NCBI GenBank assembly: GCA_964584935.1
Contig: CAZPBN010000003.1
Span: forward strand, 39,880-103,879
DNA: 64,000 bases
Origin: an uncultured Eubacteriales bacterium
GTDB lineage: Bacteria > Acidobacteriota > Aminicenantia > Aminicenantales > Aminicenantaceae
Reading direction: 5' to 3'
Position numbers and translations under genes: made by a program. The notes below the pieces were generated by a model. That model did not search any database. It saw nothing but the letters and a program-made list of their open reading frames with translations, and was not told the DNA's origin. Positions 40,363 to 49,296 of this stretch are shown here, piece by piece (positions within the stretch are counted from its first letter, which is position 1; each line of letters opens with the position of its first letter).

Positions 40363-41035
40363 TTACTAAAATAGACAAACTGTCCGGACCACAATTGAAA
40401 AGCAGATCTAACACAGACATAAACGGCTCAAAATCTCCATAAATCTGGGGGTAAATCGGGTGCTTATATTCCTGATAAATTATCTCTATACCTTCTTTCT
40501 CAAATAATTCTGTGTTCATATAATTCGCTCCATCTTTACCTGACAGATAAGCATCTGCATTCAATTGCTTACAGATGTCAATCAATCTCTCTGTACTTTC
40601 TTCTCTTAGCCTGAGTTCAGAAGACCTAAGGAATTTTTTTGTACGAATTTCCAGGGCTTCTGTTAAATAAGCTATCATATGGATATTGAGATCCACAAGA
40701 TTCTCCCACTCCCGATTGAAGGTTTTTTCAAAAAAAGGAATATACTTTTTAAAATATTTTGTTTTTGAATAATGATTATATAAAGCATTCAAATGTTTTT
40801 TTTTCCATGCAACTGTGTTATTTATCTTCACTTCATTTATTTTTTGAGGAAATCTATGAATAACAGGGATAGTCAGCCATTGCCACCTTTTGTCAGTTTT
40901 TATTTTATTTCTATTTTGCCATTCATTTTTTTTGAACTGAACATTATCCAAAAAAACAAAAATGTCACTTCTTCTTATTTTGTCAAAATAGCCAAGCCAT
41001 GGTAAATACTGAGGTTGATGAACGGAAACTAGCAT
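40352..41035 (-). CDS. WbqC-family protein
   Basis: MLVSVHQPQYLPWLGYFDKI is the WbqC N-terminal signature. Confidence 0.8.
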   Translation of the reverse strand: MLVSVHQPQYLPWLGYFDKIRRSDIFVFLDNVQFKKNEWQNRNKIKTDKRWQWLTIPVIHRFPQKINEVKINNTVAWKKKHLNALYNHYSKTKYFKKYIPFFEKTFNREWENLVDLNIHMIAYLTEALEIRTKKFLRSSELRLREESTERLIDICKQLNADAYLSGKDGANYMNTELFEKEGIEIIYQEYKHPIYPQIYGDFEPFMSVLDLLFNCGPDSLSILVNEN

Positions 41036-41152
41036 TTTAATAGATTATCTTTTTTTTATAGATCAAGGACTGTTTATTCCTTCATATCTAGCACCCTATT
41101 TTTAGGATCCAAATTGGAATTATCACAGCCAATAAAGACCTTAACTCCCGAA

Positions 41153-42166
41153 TTATTCAGCCAAACTCTCATTCTCATCCAATGCCTTTTCAATATATAA
41201 AAAGGGAGACTTTGCCAAATCAATCTGTCTTTTTTCTTCGACTGGACTTCCATCAGAATTTTGAATGATCTCAATGACCGGATGAAGTGGAATTTTTTTA
41301 TTCACAGAAACCACTTTCCCAATTTCATCAGAATTCAATTTGACATAACTCCCAATAGGATAAAAAGTCACATAATTCAAAAATGCTTTTAATAATTCCG
41401 GATAAAACGAATCATTTTCCTCCAGAACAATAATTTTTACGGCTTCAAAAGGAATAATTCTGTTGTTTCTATACGGTCTTACGTGTGTGAGGGCTTCATA
41501 TACCTCTGCAATTCCTACGATCTGAGCATATTTGGATATCTCCTTTCCTTTTTTCCCCTCTGGATATCCCTTACCGTTGAACTTTTCGTGGTGTTGGATT
41601 ATGACTTCAGAAGCAATCGGAGGCATATCCGTTATTTTTTTTAAAAGTTCTAATCCATTATAAGGATGTTGTTTCACCTGCTCGAATTCTTCAAAGGTTA
41701 ACCTTCCTGGTTTTGTTATTATCTCCTGCGAAGTATTAAACATACCAATGTCATGAACCAAAGCCGAAGCACACAGGTCGATGAGTTCCTTTTTGTTATA
41801 TCCTAGAGAAATTCCCAGATTTACAGAAAGAATGGCAACATTTAGAGAGTGAATATACATAAATTCACTCTCATGTTTATATAAATTATAATCATTCACA
41901 AGGGATAAAAAGACTTCATGCTTTATATGAAGCTTTTCCACAATAGTTTCAGCAAGATTCATAATTATTTTCCCATCTGCTTTTTTATCTTTCTGCAGGT
42001 CTTTCATTATTTTCTCAATCTGCCGAATAGAATCTTCATATATTTTTTTAATATCTGAAGGATTTTGTAAAACTTTTCTTATTTCATTTACCTTTATCCT
42101 TACTGTATCTCTTCCCTTTACATCCCCTTTTTTAGATTTTTTTACTAATTCTGACAGTCTTACCAT
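41153..42166 (-). CDS. HD-GYP-domain protein (putative c-di-GMP phosphodiesterase) with an uncharacterised N-terminal region
   Basis: LVHDIGM and HHEKFNGKGYP motifs. Confidence 0.8.
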   Translation of the reverse strand: MVRLSELVKKSKKGDVKGRDTVRIKVNEIRKVLQNPSDIKKIYEDSIRQIEKIMKDLQKDKKADGKIIMNLAETIVEKLHIKHEVFLSLVNDYNLYKHESEFMYIHSLNVAILSVNLGISLGYNKKELIDLCASALVHDIGMFNTSQEIITKPGRLTFEEFEQVKQHPYNGLELLKKITDMPPIASEVIIQHHEKFNGKGYPEGKKGKEISKYAQIVGIAEVYEALTHVRPYRNNRIIPFEAVKIIVLEENDSFYPELLKAFLNYVTFYPIGSYVKLNSDEIGKVVSVNKKIPLHPVIEIIQNSDGSPVEEKRQIDLAKSPFLYIEKALDENESLAE

Positions 42167-42170
42167 TATA

Positions 42171-42983
42171 TCAATACTCCAAATGCCGGATAGCTTTTTC
42201 TGCAGTGTCTTTATCGATCTCTTCTTTATCGTTTGAAAAACCGATAAGAAGACTTATATCACAAACATGATTGATCATACGGGGGATACCCTTAGAATAT
42301 TCCCAAATGAGATCAACTGCCGGATCTGAAAAGATGTCTTGTGTTGTTCCTGCAATTTCTAACCGGTGTTTGATATATTGCTTGATTTCGCTCTTTTCAA
42401 GAGGGGTTAAGTGATATCTAGTTGCCAATCTTTGTTTCAAAGGTTTAAGTTCTTCTATTTTTTTTATCAATTCTGGCTGTCCTATAAGAACAAGAGTCAT
42501 AAGAAATTTATAGTTTAATTGAAAGTTCAATAAAAGTCTTAATTCTTCAAAGGTTCTTATATCCCTGATTGTATGGGCTTCATCTATAATGATTACAGTT
42601 TCTTTATGACTATTCATATTTGAAAAAAGATGATTATTCAGACTCTGCAATAATTTCGGCTTGGTTCTTCCGTTATTATGAGATATTCCTAGCTGAAAAC
42701 ATATTTCTCTCAAGAGATCAACAGATGATAACATGGGATTGGTGACAAGACAGATATCATACTTATCTTGAGGAAGTATTTCAAAAAGAATTCTGCTGAT
42801 TACTGTCTTTCCACATCCGTATACTCCGGTCAACAAGGCGGCTCCTTTTTGCTCTTCTATAGCATAACTCAACCTGGTGAGTGCTTCCACATGTTCGCTT
42901 GAAAGATAGATAAAGCGGGGATCTGGTGTGTTTTCAAAAGGTTTTTCATTTATTTGCCAGTATTGTTCATACATAGTTATCAT
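42171..42983 (-). CDS. ExeA/GspA-like AAA ATPase
   Basis: Walker A GVYGCGKT, Walker B VIIIDEAH, and GQPEL and GIPRMIN blocks typical of ExeA-like ATPases. Confidence 0.8.
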   Translation of the reverse strand: MITMYEQYWQINEKPFENTPDPRFIYLSSEHVEALTRLSYAIEEQKGAALLTGVYGCGKTVISRILFEILPQDKYDICLVTNPMLSSVDLLREICFQLGISHNNGRTKPKLLQSLNNHLFSNMNSHKETVIIIDEAHTIRDIRTFEELRLLLNFQLNYKFLMTLVLIGQPELIKKIEELKPLKQRLATRYHLTPLEKSEIKQYIKHRLEIAGTTQDIFSDPAVDLIWEYSKGIPRMINHVCDISLLIGFSNDKEEIDKDTAEKAIRHLEY

Positions 42984-43334
42984 CTCTTTTTTATATTTAT
43001 CATTTAAAACATGAGGATTGAAATTATGATTATAAAATCAATAAAAACTCACATCAAATTCAATCTAGACTCCTCTACATAAATCATTCAATAGAAACAA
43101 ATGCAATTTATATGCCAATTAATGGTTTTTTCTATCTTCTTTATTTATAAGAAAATAAAGGGAATAATCCCCCCTATTGATAGTATATTTATTACTATAT
43201 TGCCAATTTATGTCAATAAGAGGCATCATTAGTGTCAAATTTACATTACACATTCAATAGAAAAAATTGAATAACAGGAAGCAGTTCAACACAAATCATC
43301 TTGAATTTTTTTCCATAACAGATATATTATTCAA

Positions 43335-44798
43335 ATGAGGAACAATATGAAAAGGATTTTATTACTCCTTATTTCAACGGTTTTAATAAATTTCTTTAAT
43401 ATTTACGGGATGAAAACTGATACTATTCAGATGCTGGGACTGATGGATATTCGGACAGACTACAGCGATGGAGCTCACACCTTGGACTATATTGTGAAAT
43501 TAGCTAAAAAGAGAGGATTCCATGTTCTTTTTATAACCGATCATGACAGAGTCGCTTTAGAGTATGGATTGCTCCCATTTGAAAACATTCTAAAGATTAA
43601 GGTAGAGAGGGATTCTATTAATAAAAAAGGAGCACTAAAGTATTTATCCATGATAGAACGAGTCTCGAAAGAAAATCCGGACATGATTTTAATTCCTGGA
43701 ACAGAATCCAGCCCTTTCTATTACTGGAAGGGGAGTATAATTAAAAGAAATTTAACCGTTTTAAACTGGGAAAGGCATCTTCTAGTGGTAGGTCTGGAGG
43801 ATCCATCAGATTATAAAAATCTGCCTACCATTCACAATGAATCCACTTATAATGTAAAAAGATTTTCTTATCTCACCCTGCTTCTATTAATACTCGTTTC
43901 AATATTTTGTATATATATAATTTTAAGAAAGAAAAAAGCTATCAAAATTGCTGGTATAATAATCTTAATTTTTTGTTTGCTTCTTATGATCAATAAATAT
44001 TTCTACAAGAATTATTCTTTTGATCAGTATCATGGAGATAAAGGGATTTCACCTTATCAGGTTTTTATAGACTATGTCATCAATCACGGCGGCATGGTTT
44101 TTTGGAATCATCCTGAGACAAAATCAGGCTATTCAAAAATGGGCCCGGTGTATAGAAATACACCTCCTTATCCACAAGTATTAATCAAATCAAGGAATTA
44201 TACCGGTTTTTCGTCTTTATATGGTGACAGCACCACAATCATTGATCCTGGAAATCTATGGGATAAAGTTTTGCTTGAGTACTGTTCCGGAAAAAGGGAA
44301 AATCCTGTGTGGGGAATTTCTACTTCTGATTTCCATAAAGAAGGCGGTGCGGGAGAAAAGTTAGGAAATTTTCTTACGGTTTTTCTAGTAACCGAAAAAA
44401 GCAAAAGAGGTATTCTGGACGCCATGGAAAAGGGAAAAATGTATGCTTTCAGAGGAAATATTGATTATCCCCCTTTGGTTTTGAAAGAATTCTCAGTTTC
44501 AAATTCACACGATTCTCAAAATGTGACTATGGGAGATGAAATAATATGCGATACAAAACCCCACATTCACATTGTTATTCAAACGGCTTTCCCTAAGACA
44601 GAGAATGCTGTGATTGTTCAGCTTATTAGGTCTGGGACAATGATAAAAAAGTTCTCCGGTAAAACCCCTCTACATATAGATTATCACGATAATTATTATA
44701 AAGCCGGGAAAAAAACATATTACAGAATCACCGCAAAGGACAGTAAAAATCAAAAAATAGTTTCAAATCCTGTCTTTGTGACTTTTAAGAAAAAATGA
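43335..44798 (+). CDS. Membrane protein with a degenerate PHP-like N-terminal domain
   Basis: N-terminal signal/TM, DIRTDYSDGAHTLDYIVKLAKKRGFHVLFITDHD (PHP-like but without the HxH), and two central TM helices (LTLLLLILVSIFCIYIIL, IAGIIILIFCLLLMI). Confidence 0.55.
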   Translation: MRNNMKRILLLLISTVLINFFNIYGMKTDTIQMLGLMDIRTDYSDGAHTLDYIVKLAKKRGFHVLFITDHDRVALEYGLLPFENILKIKVERDSINKKGALKYLSMIERVSKENPDMILIPGTESSPFYYWKGSIIKRNLTVLNWERHLLVVGLEDPSDYKNLPTIHNESTYNVKRFSYLTLLLLILVSIFCIYIILRKKKAIKIAGIIILIFCLLLMINKYFYKNYSFDQYHGDKGISPYQVFIDYVINHGGMVFWNHPETKSGYSKMGPVYRNTPPYPQVLIKSRNYTGFSSLYGDSTTIIDPGNLWDKVLLEYCSGKRENPVWGISTSDFHKEGGAGEKLGNFLTVFLVTEKSKRGILDAMEKGKMYAFRGNIDYPPLVLKEFSVSNSHDSQNVTMGDEIICDTKPHIHIVIQTAFPKTENAVIVQLIRSGTMIKKFSGKTPLHIDYHDNYYKAGKKTYYRITAKDSKNQKIVSNPVFVTFKKK

Positions 44799-44840
44799 TG
44801 CTCTAAAATAAAAATACACTCTTTCCAAGTTAAAAACTTG

Positions 44841-45032
44841 TTATTTTTTTACCCTATTAAACTCTCTGACTCCCAACGCTATGGCAAAAAGAAGTAACAA
44901 CTGGGAAAATTGAACGTAAGCCTGGGCAGTTATCCCAAAAAAGAATGGCTTTAAAAGAATTCTGGTGATAATACCGAAAATAATGCAAATGACTGCGGCA
45001 ATAATAAACAAATCACACAATCTATTTATCAT
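44841..45032 (-). CDS. Small two-TM membrane protein (63 aa) encoded by the last gene of the RiPP-type operon
   Basis: AAGGAGGG lies 4-5 nt before the ATG at 45032. MINRLCDLFIIAAVICIIFGIITRILL...LLLLFAIALGV. Confidence 0.5.
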   Translation of the reverse strand: MINRLCDLFIIAAVICIIFGIITRILLKPFFFGITAQAYVQFSQLLLLFAIALGVREFNRVKK

Positions 45033-45094
45033 ACGTCCCTCCTTATTTATGTTTTGATAATATACTTTGATTTCCAATATGTCAACTTATATAA

Positions 45095-46540
45095 TTATGA
45101 ACGAGTTCCTTGTATCTTTTTTATTAATGAATCTTGTATTTGTTCCTGGGAATTAATATATTTTCTCATAGCACCCCAAAATTGAGCTGTCATTCGGGCT
45201 TCTTTGAAGTACTTTTGAAGTTCTGGTTTTGGAAAACCTTTGAGGCTAATAACAGGTTCATCCAGCCTACTGAACTTAGCCCAGTCCCTTGTGAGAATTT
45301 TAAGATTATATTTTTCAGGATTTTTGTAAATCGCAGTACCGGGATAGGGATTAAATATTGATACCTCCTGAGTCATATTGAGGTCATTTTCCCAAAGATA
45401 AACCATTGCCTTAAGACTTTCAGTAGCTGTTTCAGGAGTTTCTCCTGGATGTCCAAACATCCATAAAGTACCTGCTTCCAATCCATGTTTTTTGATCAAT
45501 TTACATTTCTCTACAACCTTGTTAAAAGTAATCTTTTTATTCATTATTTTGAGTACTTTTTCTGATGCGCTTTCAACGGCAATGAGTATTCTTGTTATAC
45601 CGGCATCCTTCATTATTTCAATATGCTCTTCCGGCAAGTGATTAGCATGAGCTAAAACCGCAACTGTGTGGTCTTTGAAATCAATTTTTTTTAGCTTTTG
45701 ACACATGTGATTGAAAAAATATTCCGGAACATTAAACATGCTCGCCAGAAAACCGATAAAAGCATCGTTCTGGTTATATTTCGAAACTAAAAAATTAATT
45801 TCTTTAGATATTTTATCCACAGCGCGTACCCGCATTTTATGTCCCCAAAATTCACTTTCCACACAATACACACATCTGAAAGGACAGCCTCTTGTAAACG
45901 TAAAGAAAAAATTACATCTTTCCAAGTATTTCTCCTTAACTAAGGAGTAATCACAAGCCGGAAGCTCTTCTAATTTTCCAGGTTTTCTGTTTACGTTTCT
46001 TATAATAGAATCGTTTTTTCTATAGGTGATCCCCTCTATATTTTTCAAATCCTTTTTACTGAGAATGCAATCGACTATGTCAAGCATTGTCCATTCCCCT
46101 TCTCCGCGAACCACTATATCCACATTTTTACTCTCTTGGAGGCATTCTTTATCCAGAAATGTCACATGAGGACCTCCGATAACAGTCGTGATTTCCGGAT
46201 TTATGTCTTTGCACAATTCGAGAATCTTAAGGGAGACAGGATACTGGCATGTATGAGGCCCGATCCCCACAATTTTGGGATCGGCTCTCCTTATAACTTT
46301 CTCTAATTTATGAAAAGGAAACGGATCTTCTCCTCTGTCAGGAATATCTGTTAAGAACAATTCATCTGTAAAAAAAACTTTAATCCGATATCCTTTTGAT
46401 TTCAAAAAGGTTGCTATAGAAAGAATTCCTTCTCCTGCTGTATGCCGGTCGCTGTGAGGCAAAATACCCTGACGCCAGAAAGGGGCTTGCATCAATAAAC
46501 AATCGACTTTATTCATAGCTGAAAAACTCCACCGTTCCAT
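45095..46540 (-). CDS. B12-binding-domain radical SAM protein
   Basis: An N-terminal cobalamin-binding-like domain followed by the RGCPFRCVYCVE CxxxCxxC cluster motif. Confidence 0.85.
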   Translation of the reverse strand: MERWSFSAMNKVDCLLMQAPFWRQGILPHSDRHTAGEGILSIATFLKSKGYRIKVFFTDELFLTDIPDRGEDPFPFHKLEKVIRRADPKIVGIGPHTCQYPVSLKILELCKDINPEITTVIGGPHVTFLDKECLQESKNVDIVVRGEGEWTMLDIVDCILSKKDLKNIEGITYRKNDSIIRNVNRKPGKLEELPACDYSLVKEKYLERCNFFFTFTRGCPFRCVYCVESEFWGHKMRVRAVDKISKEINFLVSKYNQNDAFIGFLASMFNVPEYFFNHMCQKLKKIDFKDHTVAVLAHANHLPEEHIEIMKDAGITRILIAVESASEKVLKIMNKKITFNKVVEKCKLIKKHGLEAGTLWMFGHPGETPETATESLKAMVYLWENDLNMTQEVSIFNPYPGTAIYKNPEKYNLKILTRDWAKFSRLDEPVISLKGFPKPELQKYFKEARMTAQFWGAMRKYINSQEQIQDSLIKKIQGTRS

Positions 46541-46558
46541 TCCTAATTTAGGTTCGTT

Positions 46559-47593
46559 TCATTCAATTTCATCCTGATCGGTTCTTCCCTTTTTATCCAC
46601 ATCTATCTTTTTTCTTAATTCTGCCATTCGACACGATTCACTGTCAGGCACAAACATTTTTTTTCTTTCCAATAAAGCTAAACCTTCGCATCTGAAACAC
46701 CAGAATTTCTTATTACACTTAGAAAAAGAATAACACGGCTTTTCAGAATCTTCTCTTATTTTCTTCAATGCAGAGGAATTTTCCCACAATGAATTTATAC
46801 TTATTTCTGATATGTTTCCAAGTTTATAAGGAACATTCAAGCAGGGATACACATCTCCTCTAGCATTAACGGCAAACATCACTTTCCCGAGATCACAGCT
46901 AAACGAACCGGTTGGATTTATTTTCGAAGCTTTTTCATAATGTTTGAAGTATTCCGTCATTTGCTCGTTTGTAAGCCTGTGTTTCACTGGTTCTTTATTT
47001 CCATTATCTCCCGGGTAAATCACAGGAGAAAAAATATGTAATAATTTCATCTCAGAAACCATTTCTCTTATTCTTCCTAACTCACTGAAATTCTCTGCGA
47101 GCACAGGAGTTTTTATGGCAATTCCAATTTCTTCCTTTTTCAAAAGCCTTATAGCATCCATAACTGATTCAAATGAACCGGAAATCCCGGTCAATCTATC
47201 GTGAGTCTCTGATGTAGCTCCTAACAGCGTTATATCAACCCAGTAAACACCAATTCTTTTTAATCTTGCCGCTTCAGTGGCTCCAATCAACGTTCCGTTT
47301 GTAAAAAGAAGAGTGGCGAAGTTGGATTGGACTGAATAATCCAATATGTCCCAAATATCTTCTCTCATCATAGGTTCTCCTCCTGTAATTGTCAAAAATA
47401 AAGAACCTAGTTCGGAAGCTTCATCCAAAATTCTTTTGATTTTATCTAAACTTAGGGTTTCGGTTTTTCTTTTATCATTATAACAATGAACACACTTCTG
47501 GTTGCAGGAAGTGGTCACCTCAATAGCTACAGAAAAAGGTATATTTTTACTAACTATTTTTCTGTAAAGACCGCCGAGTTTCATGGCTGCCAA
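46559..47593 (-). CDS. Radical SAM / SPASM-domain peptide-modifying enzyme
   Basis: TSCNQKCVHCY cluster motif, GGEPMM, and a C-terminal Cys-rich SPASM-like region (GDVYPC...LGNI...CYSFSKCNKKFWCFRC). Confidence 0.85.
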   Translation of the reverse strand: MAAMKLGGLYRKIVSKNIPFSVAIEVTTSCNQKCVHCYNDKRKTETLSLDKIKRILDEASELGSLFLTITGGEPMMREDIWDILDYSVQSNFATLLFTNGTLIGATEAARLKRIGVYWVDITLLGATSETHDRLTGISGSFESVMDAIRLLKKEEIGIAIKTPVLAENFSELGRIREMVSEMKLLHIFSPVIYPGDNGNKEPVKHRLTNEQMTEYFKHYEKASKINPTGSFSCDLGKVMFAVNARGDVYPCLNVPYKLGNISEISINSLWENSSALKKIREDSEKPCYSFSKCNKKFWCFRCEGLALLERKKMFVPDSESCRMAELRKKIDVDKKGRTDQDEIE

Positions 47594-48396
47594 TCCTTGA
47601 ATATTTCATCAAAAACATTGTCATTTTTTCTAAACTCTAAGTTATAGATAGGAACTCTACAACATATCTGTTCAACAGAAGAAAGTATATGTTCAATCAT
47701 CTCTGTATTTTCAGTGGGGTATTTCGGAAAAGATACACAGACACTGGAAAAAAGTGTCTTAACTGCATCTATCTTTTCAGTTTTTTTAATTTTCAATGCG
47801 TTTGATTTATTAATAAAATAAATTCCTTTCATTGGAAAATTTCCGTAACTTGAAATATCTCCCCATGGAGTGGAACACGAATACCATTTCTCATTCAAGT
47901 ATTTCAAGCCTATACAATCATCTGATAATATAAGTTTGCCAGTTTTTTTCGCAAGAGTACTTTTCCCTCCTTCATTGGGACCAATGAAGACATAACCTTC
48001 CCCTTCATTCATTACAGCCGATGCATGGATCAAAACACCATGATATTCAGGCAGGACATATTGCATCACTAACCTAAGAAAATTACTGTAGAGGTATTTT
48101 GCAAGTTCTCTGTTTATATAAGAAGCATCTGGTCCAAATGCAAATTTCTTCCTAAGGTCCACATTTCCCATCATAACCTGCATCTTCATATTTTTTTCTT
48201 TTCCATAACCATTTTCTTCCAGAACAAAATCAAATATTTTTTTATCTTTATAGAAATGAATTGAAAAATCGGCATCCCCGTTGCTTTTATAATCCTTCAG
48301 CCATTCATTCAGAATGACAAATCCTTCCTCCGTATCTGTTTCCAAATATAAATTCAGCCCTGCTATATTAACCACCAGGTTTTTCTTTGACATCAA
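47581..48396 (-). CDS. HPr-kinase-related (HprK-like) P-loop protein
   Basis: HASAVMNEGEGYVFIGPNEGGKSTLA matches the HPr kinase C-terminal domain P-loop context. The gene overlaps both neighbours. Confidence 0.7.
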   Translation of the reverse strand: MMSKKNLVVNIAGLNLYLETDTEEGFVILNEWLKDYKSNGDADFSIHFYKDKKIFDFVLEENGYGKEKNMKMQVMMGNVDLRKKFAFGPDASYINRELAKYLYSNFLRLVMQYVLPEYHGVLIHASAVMNEGEGYVFIGPNEGGKSTLAKKTGKLILSDDCIGLKYLNEKWYSCSTPWGDISSYGNFPMKGIYFINKSNALKIKKTEKIDAVKTLFSSVCVSFPKYPTENTEMIEHILSSVEQICCRVPIYNLEFRKNDNVFDEIFKDWQP

Positions 48397-48646
48397 GAAG
48401 CTCCTTTTTCTGAAGTTCTGTTAAAAAATCTCGGACATCTTTTTCAACTGTATCTCTATTCGATTCAAACAGAGTAAGAACATGATTTATTATTTCATCA
48501 AGCCTTTTTTCATTTTCAAGGAATTTCCAAATTTCAGTCCCAACTTCATTAAATACAATCACTTCATTTTCTTTTACTGAAACCACAACAGCTTTTTTTT
48601 CTATTTCTCTCCACGGTACATGGAAATACCGACTATAATGATTCAT
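48368..48646 (-). CDS. PqqD-family RiPP recognition element (lasso B1-like)
   Basis: At 92 aa, VVVSVKENEVIVFNEVGTEIWKFLENEKRLDEIINHV...DVRDFLTELQKKELL is a typical PqqD/RRE pattern. Confidence 0.8.
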   Translation of the reverse strand: MNHYSRYFHVPWREIEKKAVVVSVKENEVIVFNEVGTEIWKFLENEKRLDEIINHVLTLFESNRDTVEKDVRDFLTELQKKELLDVKEKPGG

Positions 48647-49053
48647 CTTTTATTTGATTCTCCTCTTGGGTATTTAAAAATTGGTTCAAAAAATTTTTGC
48701 GGAATTGTTTTTTCCATTTCTATCCAACAGTGTCCTTCCAATTTTGATTTGCTGAACAAAGCACCAAAGACAATTTTGGCATCAGATCCTCTTGATCTCA
48801 GAACTCTGCATATAGCAACTGAGCTATTAAAACATGAAATTCTTATGCCAGCTTTTTTAAAAAGAAAAAAACAAAAATTTATATATTTTTTTAATTTTTC
48901 TTTATCACAAGGTTTTTTCATTATGCCGTTGGCTTCAGCGAGTTTAAAACGTATTTCCGGAGAAGATAAGACAATCATCATCAATTCCCATATTATTGAA
49001 ACCAGAAGCTTTATATCTCTGTAATAATAAAGCTTTTTTAGCAAATTCCGCAT
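48643..49053 (-). CDS. Lasso-peptide B2-like transglutaminase-fold cysteine protease
   Basis: ISCFNSSVAICRVLRSRGSDAKIVFGA...LEGHCWIE matches the C...RG...G...(A/G)H(A/C)W(V/I)E signature of B2 proteins. A 4-nt overlap with the PqqD gene. Confidence 0.75.
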   Translation of the reverse strand: MRNLLKKLYYYRDIKLLVSIIWELMMIVLSSPEIRFKLAEANGIMKKPCDKEKLKKYINFCFFLFKKAGIRISCFNSSVAICRVLRSRGSDAKIVFGALFSKSKLEGHCWIEMEKTIPQKFFEPIFKYPRGESNKR

Positions 49054-49068
49054 AAATAACCATTTAAG

Positions 49069-49097
49069 ATTTTATTCTACCTTCTCCCTTATGTCAA
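49069..49097 (-). promoter_or_regulatory. Consensus-like promoter TTGACA-17-TAAAAT 15 nt upstream of the B2 start codon
   Basis: Reverse complements of 49092-49097 (TTGACA) and 49069-49074 (TAAAAT), with a 17-nt spacer. There is no SD between the -10 and the ATG at 49053. Confidence 0.45.
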
Positions 49098-49113
49098 GAA
49101 TAGTTGAATTTGA

Positions 49114-49296
49114 AGTTCCCCCATTTTTTTCTTTATAGGATAATAATAATGAAATGGATCAGGTTAATGGGTTCAAAAACACGCAGGATTTTCACCAGCG
49201 ATGAAAATCCAGCTCGATTTCAGGCCTCGCTCTCCTCTTCGAGGAACCATGCCCGCTCGGCCTTCAAACGGTTTTCTCACCCATATAACCTGATCC
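49114..49296 (-). repeat. Copy 2 of the structured repeat (block B 49114-49192, GC-rich core, block A 49246-49283, 5' closing-stem arm to 49296)
   Basis: Homology to 4137-4337 as described for copy 1. A 17-bp closing helix pairs 49156-49172 with 49279-49296. Internal hairpin ggattttca/tgaaaatcc. The copy is bracketed by a 20-bp inverted repeat (49111-49130 and 49351-49371). Confidence 0.6.

Noticed and set aside
49114-49296. The repeat as a cobalamin or TPP riboswitch, prompted by GGTGAAAATCC and GAACCC..AACCTGATC resemblances and by the B12-radical SAM gene downstream.
   Set aside because: Only isolated motif fragments match. The B12 box, the CUGAGA/pyrophosphate-sensor helix and the required motif order are all missing. 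The consensus promoter lies downstream of the element, and copy 1 precedes an unrelated DUF72 gene.
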